Positions 40,139-56,610 of a DNA stretch of 64,000 nt are shown in pieces. Each line of letters begins with the position of its first letter. The first letter of the stretch is position 1. Source of the DNA: the human T2T-CHM13v2.0 reference genome, Homo sapiens; assembly GCF_009914755.1 (NCBI RefSeq), contig NC_060943.1. One strand, 5' to 3'. Position numbers and translations under genes: made by a program. Below the pieces are notes generated by a model that saw only the letters and a program-made list of their open reading frames with translations, searched no databases and was not told the origin of the DNA.

Positions 40139-40771
40139 CTATTTGTCCAGCTAAGTACAATAAAAACCCTGGGCATTAGTTATAAAAAAAGAGAAAAAGA
40201 ACACTGAGTGGTAGAGAAAAGGTAGACTGGTGCTGAGTTCCCTTGATTTTCTTTGTGCCTCCTTTGTGCCAGACTTAAAGCCAAAGAAGCTAGCAGTCCC
40301 AATACACCAATGGGCACAGACAAAAAAGTCCCAGCAAAAGCCTGCTGTCTTTAGCCAAAAGACAAGGAAGAGGGCAGCCTAGCAAGAAGGAAAACTTTTA
40401 GACAATTACTGCCATGCTCTAGTCAAAACACCACAGGAAAAACCTTCAGCACTATCCCCAGCATGCCAGCAAAGACCCATGCTTCCACTCTTGCCTGGAG
40501 AGTTAGGACTTTCCTCCCCACCCCTCAACCCAGTGCTAACAGTAGAAGCCACATGGAGTGCAGTAATAAGGCACTCCTTTCCCTCCAAATTAGAAAGGTA
40601 TCAGTGGAGGTCTAGTGGGAAACCGGAACTCCCACCCCTGCCACTAGTAATGAGGAGCCCCCCTGTGGGTATCAATGGAGGCTGAGTGGGAAATCTGGAT
40701 TTCTGTCACCACCTAATAATAATGAGGCAGGATCCACTTCCCCTACCACAGTGATGTCAGAGGAGAACAGG

Positions 40772-41150
40772 TGATATAAACTGAATTGTGTACTCCACTC
40801 CCTGAGTTCATATGTTGAAGTCCTAACTCTCAGTACCTCAACATGTGGACTGTATTTGGAGATAAGGTCTTTAAAGAGGTAATTAAGGTTAAATGAGGTC
40901 TTTGGTGTGGGCCCTAATCCAGTATGACTGGTATCCTTATAAGAAGAGGAGATCAGGACACAGATACACAAAGGGTGTGTGAAGGTAGCACGTTTACCAG
41001 AAGAACATGGCCATCTACAAGCCAAAGAGAGAGACCTCACAAGAAACAATACTGCTGACACCTTGATATCAGACTTCTACCCTTCAGAACTGTAAGGAAA
41101 TTAATTGGTGTTGTTTAAGCTGCCCAGTCGGTGGTACTTTGTTAGGTATG
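40772..41150 (+). mobile_element. MLT1B-like LTR
   Basis: ttcatatgttgaagtcctaac...gtatttggagataaggtctttaaagaggtaattaagg. Confidence 0.8.
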
Positions 41151-41927
41151 ATCCAGAGCCTCAGATCAGAAAACCAAAAATGTTCAGTTCTAACAGAAAA
41201 TCACTTACCACACCAAGAACTGGGAAGATCTCAAACTGAATGAAAAAGACTCAATAGATGCCTACACTAGGATGATAGAAATATTTGAACTATTTGACAA
41301 GAATTTTAAAGCATCCACCTTAAAAATGCTTCAGACAATAATTATGAACATGCTTGAAATAAATTAAAATATAGAATGTCTCAGCAAAGAAATCAAAGAT
41401 ATAATGGAACACCAAGGAATTTTGACTCCTGAGAAATTTAGTAACCAATTAAAAACTCATTGGATGTACTCAGCAGCAGAAAGGAAAGAACAGAGGAAAG
41501 AATCAGGAAACTGGAAGACAGAACAGTAGAAATGACCCAGAATGAACAACAGACTGGATAAAAGACCAAAAACACAAAAATGTGTAAAACTCTACAGAAA
41601 TTGACATAACAATTATAGTTAAACATAGTAATACTCTGCTGACAATTGATAGATGAAAAATCAATAAGGACAGAGAAAACTTGAACAATATTATCAACCA
41701 ATTAAATTTAATTGACATTAACATTCTGCCAAACAGCAGCAAATTGCCCAATTTTTCCAAGTACATATGTCAAGATAGGCCATAACCTGGACCATGCAAC
41801 AAATCTCAAAAGCTTTATAAGGATTCAAGTTATATAAAATACGTTCTCTATTCCACAATGGAATTAAATTAGGAATCAATAACAAAAAGATAGCAGGAAC
41901 TAAATAACTTTTTTTTTTTTTTTTTGA

Positions 41928-42068
<141 letters not shown>

Positions 42069-42421
42069 TAATTTTTGTATTTTTAGTAGAGACAGGGTTT
42101 CGCCATGTTAGCTAGGCTAGTCTCCAACTCCCTAGTGACCTGCCCTTCTGGGCCTCCCAGAGTGCTGGGATTACAGGTGTGAGTCACCACACCCGGCCAG
42201 CATTTCAGAGTCTATAGGTCAAATAAAATAAAATAAAAAATAAAAACAACATATCAAAACATATAGGATGTAGATAAAATAAGACTTCAAGGAAAATTTA
42301 TAGCATTAAATGCCTATATTAAAAGAGAAGAGTGTCTCAGTGACTGATATGGTTTGGGTTTCAGATGCTCTTCTTTTTCTCTTGTTTCTTAAGATAAACA
42401 CTGTATTCGTCCATCAGTGAC

Positions 42422-42812
42422 TGATATGGTTTGGATCTGTGTCCCCACTAAATCTCATGTCAAATTGTAATCCCCAGTGTTGACGGTAGGGCCTGGTGGG
42501 AGGTGAATAGATCGTGGGTGTGGAGTTCTCATGAATGGTTTAGCACTATCCGCCTTTGGTACTGTATAGTGAGTGAATTCTCAGGAGATCTGGTTGTTCG
42601 AAAGTGCATGGCACCTCCTCCCTTGCTCTCTTCCTCCTGCTCCAGCCATGTGATTTGTGCCATAAGTAAAAGCTCCTTGAGACCTCCCCAGAAGCAGAAG
42701 CCACTGTGTTTCCTGTACAGCCTGCAGCACTGTGAGCAACTAAACCTCTTTTCTTTATAAATTACTCAGTCTTAGGGATTTCTTTATAGCAGTGTGAGAA
42801 CAGACTAATATA
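42422..42812 (+). mobile_element. MSTA-like solo LTR
   Basis: tgatatggtttggatctgtgtcccc...gactaatata with 5-bp TSD gtgac. Confidence 0.88.
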
Positions 42813-44796
42813 GTGACCTAAGCTTTTACCTTAAGAAACAAGAAAAAAAGAACATCTGAAACCCAAAGTAGGCAGAAGGAAACAAAAAAAAGAGAGAAAT
42901 CCATGAAATGTGCACACCTGTTCATGATAAAAAACACATTCAACAAATTAGAAATGGAAGGGAACTTCTTCAACATACCACCTATAAAACACCCACAGCC
43001 AATATCATACTTAATGGTGAAAGACAGAGTACTTTCTAAGATCAGGGACAAGACAAAGATGTGCACTCTCACCACTTTTTTTTTTTTTTTTTTTTTTGAG
43101 ACAGGAGTCTTGCCCTGTTGCCCAGGCTGGAGTACAGTGGCGCGATCTCAGCTCACGGCAACCTCCGCCTTCCGTGTTCAAGGGATTCCCCTGCCTCAGC
43201 CTCCTAGTAGCTGGAATTAAAGGCACCTACCACCACGCCCGTCTAATTTTTGTATTTTTAGTAGAGATGGGGTTTCACCATGTTGCCCAGGCTGGTCTTG
43301 AACTCCTGACCTCAAGTGATCTCCCTGCCTCAGTCTCTCAAAGTGCTGGAATTACAGGCATGAGCCACCACGCCCAGCCAACTCTCACCACTTCTATTTG
43401 ATACATGCTGGAGGTTCTAGCCAGGGCAACTAGGCAAATAAATGAAATAAGAGACATCCATATGGAAATGAAGAAGTACAATGAAGAAGTAAAGCTATAT
43501 TTGCAGATATGATTTTATATACATAAAGTCCTAAGGAAATCACAAAAAACTAATAAGACTAGTAAATGAGTTCAGCAAAGTTACAGGAAGATCAATATGC
43601 AAAAAAATTGTGTTCTTACACACTAGCAATGAATAATCAAAAAATGAAAGTAGGAAAACAATTCCATTTACAACAGAATTTGAAGAAAATACTTAAGGAA
43701 TAAAGTTAACAAATGAAGAGGAAAGTTTGTACACTGAAAATTATAAAACATCATTGAAAGAAATTAAAGACGACCTAAATAAAAGGAAAGACATCTGTGG
43801 TTCATGGATAAGAAAAGTTAATATTGTTAAGATGCCAATACCTCCCAAATTGACCTATGGATTCAATGCAGTCCTTAACAATATCCTAGCTGGCTCCCCC
43901 CTCCCAACCCCACTGCCTCTAGAAATTGACCAGCTGATCCTAAATTCATATGGAGACACAAGGGACCCAAAATAACCAAAACAACTTTAGAAAGGAAGAA
44001 CAAAGTTGGAGGACTCGCATTTCCCAATTTCAAAAGTTACTGGAAAACTACAGTGTGGTACTGGCACAAGGGTAGACATAGAGATGAGTGGAATAGATTT
44101 AAAAGTCCAGAAGTAAGTCTTGACACTGTCGATTCATTTTCAATAAGGGTGCTACGGCCATTTAGTAGGGGAAAGAACAGTCTTCTCAACAAATTATGGT
44201 AAGACAACTGGATATCTGTCTGCAAAGAAAGAATGAAGTTGGAATTCTACTTTATACCATACACAAAAATTAACTCACATCACTGACCTAAATCCTATAG
44301 AAGCTAACACTATAAAACTCTTCAAAGACAACACAGGGGCAAATCTTCATGAGCTTGGAATAGGCAATGATATTTTGGATACACCAAAAGCATAAGCAAA
44401 ACAATAAATAGGAGTATATCAAAATTCAAACTTTTTACTGCAAATGATACCATCAAGAAAGTGACAAGATACCCACTGAATGGGAGACAATATTTGCCCA
44501 TCATACATATGACAATGGACTTGTATCTAGAATACAAAAACTCTTAGAACTCAACAATAAAAAAAAAATGGATAATCCAATTTCTGGAAGTCAGTCAGAT
44601 TTCTGGGATGATCACTCCCATCCTCACAACAACAACAACAACAAAAAAAACTAAAGAAATTAATTTTTTCTGGATCTGTCAGATAATAGAGGTCACAAGG
44701 CAAACCACCAGCCTTAAATCTGGAGAGACAAGCAAACAGAGATCAGCTTACTTGGAGCAGAAGGACCAAGGTAAGACCATTTAGGCGGGGAAAGAA

Positions 44797-44985
44797 TATT
44801 GGTAACTAAGTGTTACCAATAACACTGCTAATTAAGTATTACCAGCTAATTGGTAATATTTACTAGCAGTGTAATTAAGTATTACCAGCTAATTGGTAAC
44901 TAAGTGTTGGTAACTAAGTGTTACCAATTAGTTGATAACAAGTAATTAGCAATGCTATTGGTAGGAGCGCTTAATTGGTAATTTA
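44797..44985. repeat. Patchwork of short direct and inverted repeats
   Basis: 28-bp direct repeat at 44829-44856 and 44872-44899; 10-bp-stem hairpin at 44797-44821. Confidence 0.85.
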
Positions 44986-45619
44986 GAGAATTCATTGGAG
45001 GCTAGCTTCAAAAATCTTCCAGGGACGCAGTCTTAGGGGGAGCCTCACACTTTCATGGAATTTACGTCCAGTAATGCTACTAGGTTCTCATGGTGAATTT
45101 ACAAGAAAAATCTCATGTTTTGGAGGAGGACAAAAGTAACTATTTTGAAATACACTGAGAGTGTTCCACATAACAAAGGACTGCTATCCAAGGGAAATGA
45201 CTTTATCAGATACTTATATAACTGGGGAGAAAGGCAATATGTCAACTCGCCTTCCTGTCTTACCTAAGGGGAAAACAGAAAGACTAAGAACTGCGTCTGA
45301 AGATCACAGGCCAGGGACTCAGGCCCACTAAAAGACAGATTAAATCATATGATTGTAGAACACTTCCCCTCTCCCCACACTTTACCACCATATCAATAGG
45401 ATTCTTGTATAACAACAGGATAATAAAAGTGAGAAGGCTGCAAGACACAGATTCTATTTTTAAAGTTCTTAGGGAAATTCAAAGACAACAGGGAAGGAAA
45501 AAGAAGGGACACTACAGAAAGGTAAAACTGAAACCTCTGACACCTTCAGCTAAATCAAACATTAAACACAGCCCAACACCTAGCCAGATTAACATAAAAC
45601 CTCACACTTAACTGAAGCT

Positions 45620-47430
45620 CCCACATTGCCTGCTATATAGCTGTCTACAGCTGTGTATTCTCCTGTCCTGCACAATGTAATCACACTCTGCAAGAAGCTA
45701 AAGCTTACTGGCAGGCCCTTACTTATCTAGGTATATCCAAACCCTGATGAATGACGGCACACAGGGACCTACCATTGCCAATGACCTACTCTTCTGCATC
45801 AAGGAACTGCAGATTAGATTTGTCCTTGTCCCATTCTATTGGCTCCTCATGTGATGCCCTTTTGGTGTAAGCCAATGCCCTACAAACTAGCCAACTTACA
45901 CCCATTGGTGCCACACCACTTAATTTCATCCTTTGGGTGAAATGACCCCTACACAAAAGCCTTTAAAACTATACTTCCCTTCATGCTTAACAGTTGGGAC
46001 CTGGACATGATAACTACCCCTCTGTGGTCTCCACAGTGACCTCCACAACCACATCAGCGCCAGTCCCATTGTCCAACAATCCATGCTTCACTCTGCACTA
46101 TTCCTTCATCATGACACCACATCCTACTTTCTTCAACTTGCCAGATAATACATGTGAAACAGTAACAGAACATGTCATCCAAGAGATAAAACTCCAACAA
46201 TGCTGGGCCTGCCAGCAGGCGTCCCAACCTGGGTAACCACTCGTACAACTGATTTCCACACTCTTGGAGGTATGTGATATCCATACTACTAACCAGTCGC
46301 CATCCTCTCTGGTCACCCTCCAGCTCCTTTACTTCCCCAGGCACCCTCAACCTCATCAGGTTCTTCCTCTGAATTTTTCCTTCACAGTCCCACCTTTCCT
46401 GCCCTCTGTCAACGATTGATATTATATAAAGCCATTGAAAGTACAAGGGCCTCACACGTATGCACTGGTGAATGCCCTTCCCATAAAAGGGGATACCAGG
46501 CCACCTTTTTGTATATTATAAATTGGGCCTCATCACAATCTTTGGTATAACAGGCATAAGTCTAGATCTTTTCAGTTCTGTAGCAGACTTCATTCTTAGA
46601 GCTGCCAGCCAAACAACGTCACAATTCCTGGCAGACCATATGTACCAAACAGCCCAAGATTTAGAAGCCCTTAATGAGATAAAGCTCTGTAGCTGTCATG
46701 GTAGTTGATAAAATACTGCATTAGACTAACTAGTGGCATCTCAAGGTGGCCCTCTGAAGGGAACCTCTGGCTGTGTGAAGGTCAGTAAAAACAGGAAAGC
46801 TCTCCAGAATCGTTCAGTAGATAACAAACCAAAACAGTCAACGAAGTTACTAAGTTACTAAAATGTGGCAAGAGTTTCTGAATCCCTATTTCTTCTCCTG
46901 ACTGCTTCCTTCTGCCTGGATTAACATTATCTGGCACCACATTATCTTTCAGGGAGCTATTATAATTGCTGGCCTAATTTTATTGGGTCAACTTTGCATA
47001 TTTGGCCTCTCTCAAATGCAAGTTTATTTATAGGAAACCTAGGAGTTTGCTGTGCTAACCCAAACATCAGGGGTGAATTGTGAAGACTGGAGGAAACTTG
47101 GTGTTTGACTTAGTGCAAGCCACCTATAAGCATCTCTTGCCTATGTCCAGTCTCCCTCACAATCCTGATGAGGTTCACTTACTGCTCCACAAGTGCATAT
47201 GCCCTCCACCACCTCTTTTAAACTGTGTGCTGGCAGGACATCCCCTTTTATAAACTGCCTGAACATTGACTATTCTGTTTTGGATCTTTTCTTGGACAGC
47301 CCTCCCACCCCGTAATCATCTTTCTTTGATCATTCCAAAGGACTACCGTCAGGAGTTTGACATACAAACCTAACCTTGGAAGGAGTTTCGACATTCAAAC
47401 CTAACCTTGGAAGGAGTTTCCCCACATCAT
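45620..47430 (+). mobile_element. Ancient class-I (gamma-like) ERV: decayed env, PPT and 3' LTR (~47080-47430)
   Basis: CWAC motif at 46201-46212; HKR|G cleavage-like site; GLITIFGITGIS fusion-peptide-like segment; NTALD*LVASQGG ISD-like segment; hydrophobic TM; agggggtgaat|tgtg PPT/LTR junction. Confidence 0.65.
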
Positions 47431-47479
47431 AGTAGAGGTGCTGTAATAGGCATATAGATTGGGAGGGAAAAACATTTTT

Positions 47480-49310
47480 TTTTTTTTTTTGCAGATGACA
47501 AGATTGTCTACACAGAAAATCCCAAGCAATCAATAGAACAGCTACTTAAACCAATACTAAGTTTAGCAAGATCACAGGACACAAGGTCAACATAAAACAA
47601 TCAACTATATTGAAAAAGAACAATTGGAAATTGAAATTTGAAAAACAGTACTAATTTAGAACCCTAAAAAAGGAATATGTAGGTATAAATCTAATAAAGT
47701 GTGTGCAGAATCTATATGTTAAAACTACAAATTACTGATGTAATAAGGGAGTCCTAAATAGGCAGATACTGTGTGTATGGTTTAGAACATTCTCAGTATT
47801 GCTAAAATGTCAGTTGTCCCCAAACTCATCTATATATTCATTGCAATCTCAATAAAAATCCCAGCAAATTATTTTTACAGATGACAAAGCTGATTCTGGA
47901 AATTATGGCAAGACAAATTTGATAGCCAAAATAAAATAATGAGTTGGAAGACTCACAGTATCTGGTTTCAAGACATTATATACAGATACAAAAGTCAAGA
48001 TGTGCAATATTTGGCAAAATGATAGACACATAAATCAATGAAACTGCACTGAGGCCAGAAAAAGACCCATACATGTATGGTTAATGGATTCACAAAGGTG
48101 CCATGGCAATACTGAAAGAATTGGATTCTCATATGCAAATAGTGGACCTCCCTTATATAAAGATTCACATCTTATATAAATACTAACTCAAATATATCAT
48201 AGACCTAAATATAAAGCCTGAAAACATAAAATTTGTGATAAAAAAGTGGGAGAAAATCTTTGTGACCTTGGATTAGGCAGAGTTCTTATATTTGAAACCA
48301 AAAGCACAATCCATCAAAGACAAAAAAGGAACTTCATTAAAAAAAATTTCTTGTGTGAAAAATACTGTTAATGGAATAAAAACACAAGCCACATAATGGT
48401 ATACAATATTTGCAAAACACATAACTGACAAAGATATCTATCCAGAACATATAAAGAACTCTCAAAAATCAATAAGAAACAATCCAGGTTTTAAAAAAAT
48501 GGACAAAAGATTTGAACATAGTTCACAAAAGAAAATAGGCAAATGGATAGCAAACGAGCAGTGGAGATGCTCAATGGCCATTAGGGAAGTGTAAATTAAA
48601 ACCAAAATGAAATCCCGCTATAACCCTTTGAAATCCTAACAACAAAATAAAAATGAAACCAAACCCTGACATACCAATTGTCAGTGAAGTTAAGGAACTG
48701 GGACTTTCATACACTGGTGGTGGGAATGTAAAATGGTACAGTTATTTTAGAAAAGTCTGTCAGTTTTTCATAGATAAGTATACTGTTACCATACAACCCA
48801 GCAATTCCACTCCTAATATTTACTAAGACAATGTGGACACACAAAACTGTTTGCAAATGTTGACAGCAGCTTTCTTCATAATCACTGAAAACTGAAAACC
48901 CAAGTATCCCACCAGTGATAAATGGATAAACAAACTGTGGAACATCCATATGACAGACTACTACTCAGCAATAAAAGAAATGACTTCTGTACTGATATAT
49001 GCAACAAGACAGATGAGTCTCAGAAGCATTAAGTGAAAGGTGCGACTCCAAAGGAAACATACTCTAGAATTCCATTTATATGACATTCTGGAAATGATAT
49101 AAACTATACAGACAGAAAATGAGTCAGTTGACAAGGGCTGGTGGTGGGGAGAGGAGCTGACTAAACAGAACAAGCAAGTTTCAGGGCAGGGGGTACTAGA
49201 ACTATAGACTATCTTGATTGTGATGGTGGTGTTCACATAACAGCACTTGCCAAAATGCATGATAGAGTCAGTTTCACTGTATATAAATTATTCCCTAATT
49301 AAAAAAAGAA
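47480..49310 (+). mobile_element. L1M ORF2 end and 3'UTR relic
   Basis: tttgcagatgaca RT FADD motif; acccagcaattccactccta. Confidence 0.75.
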
Positions 49311-50297
49311 TGTTAGCTTATATGACTTTCATGGATGCCTTTTATCTCATTGAAGAATTTTTTCATCATGAGTGGATGCTAAATTTTGTCAAATGTTTTC
49401 TCTGAATCTACTGAGATGATCATACATTTGATCATAAGAATCCAGATATAAGAGTACATACTAAATCCATAGGAAGCTCAGGAACAGACCTAATTAATTT
49501 ATGGTATAGAAATCATAATACTTGGCACTGGAGGTGGGATTGACTGGAAATGGGCACAAGAAAACTTTTTGGTTTAATAGACATATTGTATACATTGATC
49601 TTGGTGATGATTACATTTGTCAAAATTCAGAAAGCCATGAACTTGAGACTTGTGCATGTTACTGCATGCAGATTACACCTCAATAAAGTACTGTTAACAT
49701 ACAAAACTTCTAGTTGCTAGCCAGAAACTGATTTCTGAACCCACTAACAAGCTGCAACCTTCAGTTTGATAAACACTTGTCCACGAGATCTGCAAAAATG
49801 GGAAAATCAGGCCATATGACTAACTTATATATCCTCCAAGCCTTGCAGAATTCTTCTGAGTACAATTTTAGAGAAACTTCTAGAGATAAATAAAAATGTC
49901 AAATATTACTGAATTTCAAATATGACAGTAATTTCAAATACTACTGAAAAATTACAACGTATTAGGCACTGAAAAGGCAGAGTAGATTTGGCAGTCAACA
50001 AAGTCCCTGCCCTCTTGGATCTTATATTCTAGTGGAACAGAATTCAGCATTTCTATCTTAGTACTTCTGATTTACTCCAGATCAGACTCATCCTTCCTGA
50101 TCCTCTTGTCTGCATGTATCAGCTAATGGTCAATGTTCTGAATGCAGTCCATATGTCTCCACTCTTGTGAGGCTTCTCTGCTGTGTGGTCTCCCAATCAC
50201 TTGGCTGAACTACTGACTCTATAAAACAAATGTTTTGTCTATGATAGCTCTGATTATTAAAATATTTCAGCACCCATCTGAGATAGTAAAACATATT

Positions 50298-52205
<1,908 letters not shown>

Positions 52206-52418
52206 TCATTGAACCAGGAGAAGGTTCCATTGCCTACTGCATAGACATCTGAACAAAGTGGCCCTGTTCAAAATGTCTAGTAAAACTCCTACACATAAAT
52301 TTTCAAAAACCTTTGCCTGGGATTATTTCATTGGAAGTTTATTCCAAGGTTGGGAGATGTTGAGGCACTGTGCTAGTTAGAAAGACACATTTTTCAGAAA
52401 ATACCTTATCACCTAAGT

Positions 52419-52763
52419 CAGGGCCCCCAACCCCTGGGCCGTGGATCAGTACCAGTCCGTGGCCTGTTAGGATCTGGGCCACACAGCAGGAGGTGAGCGG
52501 GAGGCCAGTGGGCATTACTGCCTGAGCTCTGCCTCCTGTCACATCAATGGTGACATTAGATTCTTATAGGAGTGCGAATCCTATCGTGAACTGCGCGTGC
52601 GAGGGATCTAGGTTGCGTGAGAATCTAATCTTATGAGAATCTAACTGAGGTCTGATGATCTGAGGTAGAACAGTTTCATTTCAAAACCATCCCCCCGACC
52701 CCAGTCTGTGGAAAAACCATCTTCCAACAAACCAGTCCCTGGTGCCAAGATTGGGGATCACTG
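52419..52763. mobile_element. MER1B-like hAT MITE
   Basis: cagggcccccaaccc...ggggatcactg with 8-bp TSD acctaagt / acctacat. Confidence 0.85.
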
Positions 52764-52917
52764 ACCTACATACCTAAAGTTCGAGTGTAAACAGATAGTG
52801 GTCCTTTACCTCTTGCTAGGAAATAGCCTCCATGAGAACACCTGGGAGAAGAGGTTTATGGTAATAACACACATTATTCTAAAACCTGATAGCAATTAAA
52901 GTTTCCATAACCACCAG

Positions 52918-53327
52918 GGGGGTTTCACCATGTCGGTCAGGCTGGTCTCAATCTCCTGACCTCGTGATCCACCTGCCTCGGCCTCCCAAAGTGCTGGGAT
53001 TACAGGTGCGAGCCACCGGCACCTGGCCTTCTTTTTGTTTTTTTGAGACAGAGTCTCACTCTGTCACCCAGGCTGGAATGCAGTGGCACAAACATGGCTT
53101 GCTGCAGCCTCAACCTCCTGACTCAAGTGATTCTCCTGCCTTATCCCCCCAAGCTGCTGGGACTACAGAAGCACACCATCACACCTGGCTAATTTTTGTA
53201 TTTTTTTGTAGAGATGGGGTTTCACCATCTTGCCTAGGCTGGTCTCAAGCTCCTGAGCTCAAGCTATCCACCTGCCTCAGTCTCTCAAAGTGTTAGGATT
53301 ATAGCTGTGAGCCCCCACGCCTGGCCC
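52918..53327 (-). mobile_element. Tail-less AluS left-arm fragment (52918-53028) abutting a full AluJ
   Basis: Alu consensus. Confidence 0.85.
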
Positions 53328-53987
53328 AGTGATGCCTCTTTATCACTCAATATCAGATAGTAAATTCTCCCCATCTACATTACACCCCTGGCAATTTCCA
53401 TTCACCTGTTTTGTTTTGACAAAGCACATATTACCCTCTGACAAACTATATATGTCCCTTATTATTTTTTATGTCTCTGTTGAATGGATGTTGCCATCCA
53501 TGAGAACAAGCATTTTATATCATTCACCACTTTATCATCACCCAAGAGCTCTGCCTGACTCAACACAGTGTTCAATAGATGTGTTGAATAAAAGAATTCC
53601 CACTTGTCTTCTCTGGGAGACTTTGAGCCAAATTACAAAAGTGAAAGAACTTTTTCAAGTAAACGATGCATAATGGGAAAGGGACTGGAAAGAGCGATTC
53701 TTCTGGGAAGTTTAAAGGTTTCACCAGATTCAGGGCTAAGTGGATGGTGCTGATAAGAAAATCATGCTGATCACAAAATCATGGTAAGAATTACTTAGGA
53801 AAAAAAAAAATCATAAGGCAGAAAAGTGGCCAGGGGATCTAGGGACTGATTGCTTCTAAAATTTTTGTTCTCTGATTTTTCCTTTTTCAAGTAGGAGTCA
53901 ATATTTAGAGCCTCGGGAATAATGTTTTCTCTGAAAGCAGACTATAAAAATGGATGGATGTAAATATATTTTTCTATATAGATTACA

Positions 53988-54230
53988 CCATTGTTTTTCA
54001 AACTGAAGGCTAGGACTATTAGTGAGTTGGAAATAAATTCAGTTGCTTGTGACAAGCATTAACAGAAAAGAAAAATATTAGACGTGTTTTGTAAGCAAGA
54101 AATGTATTTCTCCGCATAAATTCTTGTTTAAGGCCACACACACACACCTACCCATATGTGAATGTTTGTATTTATGATATAAAATGTATTTCTTATTGTA
54201 ACTCATACTCAAAAGTTTGAAACCTCCCAG
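53988..54230. mobile_element. hAT-Charlie non-autonomous element (Charlie4-like)
   Basis: cattgtttttcaaactg...aagtttgaaa termini. Confidence 0.5.
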
Positions 54231-54344
54231 TCTAAATGATTAAGAAAGGTATTAATTTCTTAATCAAACAAATTTTTCAAATAGAAAGTTACATTGTAAT
54301 AATGGAAACTTGGGAAACAGATAAATGTGTTTCCTTTAAGTTGA

Positions 54345-54736
<392 letters not shown>

Positions 54737-55258
54737 TGAGAATGTGTCAATTTGAGGAGGGCAATTTCCCTATTTTGCCCAGGTTATAATGTTTCTAATT
54801 GAAAATGATATGTTAGGCCCTTATTACAATGCAGAGAAAACTAAAATCTACCTTCTTTAGTATATGTTTATTTAATGGCTATCTTCTATAACATTTATTT
54901 GCTTAGTGGCTAATTTTGTAGAAAATAAAGGCATTGCCATACATACCATATTTGAATAGGGACTACTAAAATGATAAGTAATATTCTTTTCTGTAACTCT
55001 CTTTGGAAGAGGTGGATGGTTGCCACAAAGAAAATTTTTAAAGGGAAAGACTTAAAAGCTATTCTCTAAACATTGTTTTTTCCTTGTGTAAAGTGTTTTT
55101 GGGGACCTGCCTAAAACGTGGCTATGAGAACCTTTATTCTAAAAAGTAGTTCTTCACCAAGTGAGCAAGATTCACTATTAACAGCTACAGGAAAGCCACA
55201 AGGGGGAAATGATACTCAATTTGATTACAACTAAAGCTAAGCTTTCATTAGATGTGAG

Positions 55259-55597
55259 TGTTATGGTCTCAATGTGTGTGCCCTTGCCATTTGTATGCTG
55301 AAATCCTAACTCCTAAGGCATTAGGAAGGTGATTATGTCATGAGGGCTGATCTTTCATGAATAGGATTAGTGCCCTTATAAAAGAGGCCTGAGAGAGATT
55401 TCTTGCCCCTTCCCTGTAAGGACGCAGCAAAGAAGGTGCTGTCATTGGATCAGGAAGTGGGCCCTCAGCAGACACTGAATCTGCTGGTGCTTTGAACATG
55501 GACTTCCCAGCCCCCAGAAATGTCAGAAATAAAATTCCGTTGTTTATAATTCCCCCAGTCGGTAGTATTTTGTTTTAGCATCCTGAGCAAACTAAGT
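55259..55597 (+). mobile_element. MLT1A-like LTR
   Basis: tgttatgg...gggccctcagcagacactgaatctgctgg...ggacttcccagcc. Confidence 0.8.
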
Positions 55598-55780
55598 GGG
55601 TTAATGAATACAGATCTTCATATATCCAAAAGCACCCAATAAATTAGAATTAGATTAGATATTCATCAGGGGGAAAAAAACTGTTCTAGACTATGCCTTC
55701 GTCACACATTTTTGTTTGCCAACCTTGGAATATCTCCAAGGCTAACAGAAAAATGTCCAGCAGCCCCAGCCCCTCCTCAC

Positions 55781-55873
55781 CTGAGGAGTTATCTCTCTGG
55801 GTTGCCATCTTCATCATCCACAGCTTTTCTTCTCTCTCTAACTGTGGTAGGCCATCTGGTGTGGACTGATGCC
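55781..55873 (-). CDS. ZNF45: ZNF45 KRAB-B-type exon (93 nt)
   Basis: Translates (G)HQSTPDGLPQLEREEKLWMMKMATQRDNSS(G). Acceptor ttcacag|GG, donor G|gtgagg, phase 1-1. Confidence 0.93.
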
Positions 55874-56382
55874 CTGTGAAAAGGCAAGGACATAGGTTTA
55901 TAATTAATACATCAGAAGCCAAAATTACTCAAAATTATTGTCCTCATTTCATCGTCTTCAGGACATCAAACTTAGTGTTTTCCACACTTCTAATCATGAC
56001 CCATTGGAGGAAGTATATTTCATGCAAAGACCCAAGATATGCAGATATAAGTATAAATTACTGGGAAAAAAAATGTTTTCATCATACCCCCTCCATTGTC
56101 TCTCACATTCTTCTTGGCAACAGGACATAGTTTTTGCTGCAATGTGCAGTTATTGCCAAGTGCTCTGACATTTTCTACCCCATTTTATTTCATTAAAAAA
56201 ACCAATGGTACAATTCATCAAATGTATATCAGGACCCACTAACTGGAGATGACCACAATTTGAGAAAGGATAAAAGTGTATAGTTGTCATGCTGTCAATT
56301 TATGGTTCATTAACAAAATACACACTTTTGCCAGGGGAGAAAGACTTTAAAAATTCCATATCTGTCTTATGATGGATGATTA

Positions 56383-56610
<228 letters not shown>

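Noticed and set aside
44797-44985. CRISPR-like array of palindromic repeats
   Set aside because: No constant repeat with unique spacers, no cas genes, eukaryotic context.
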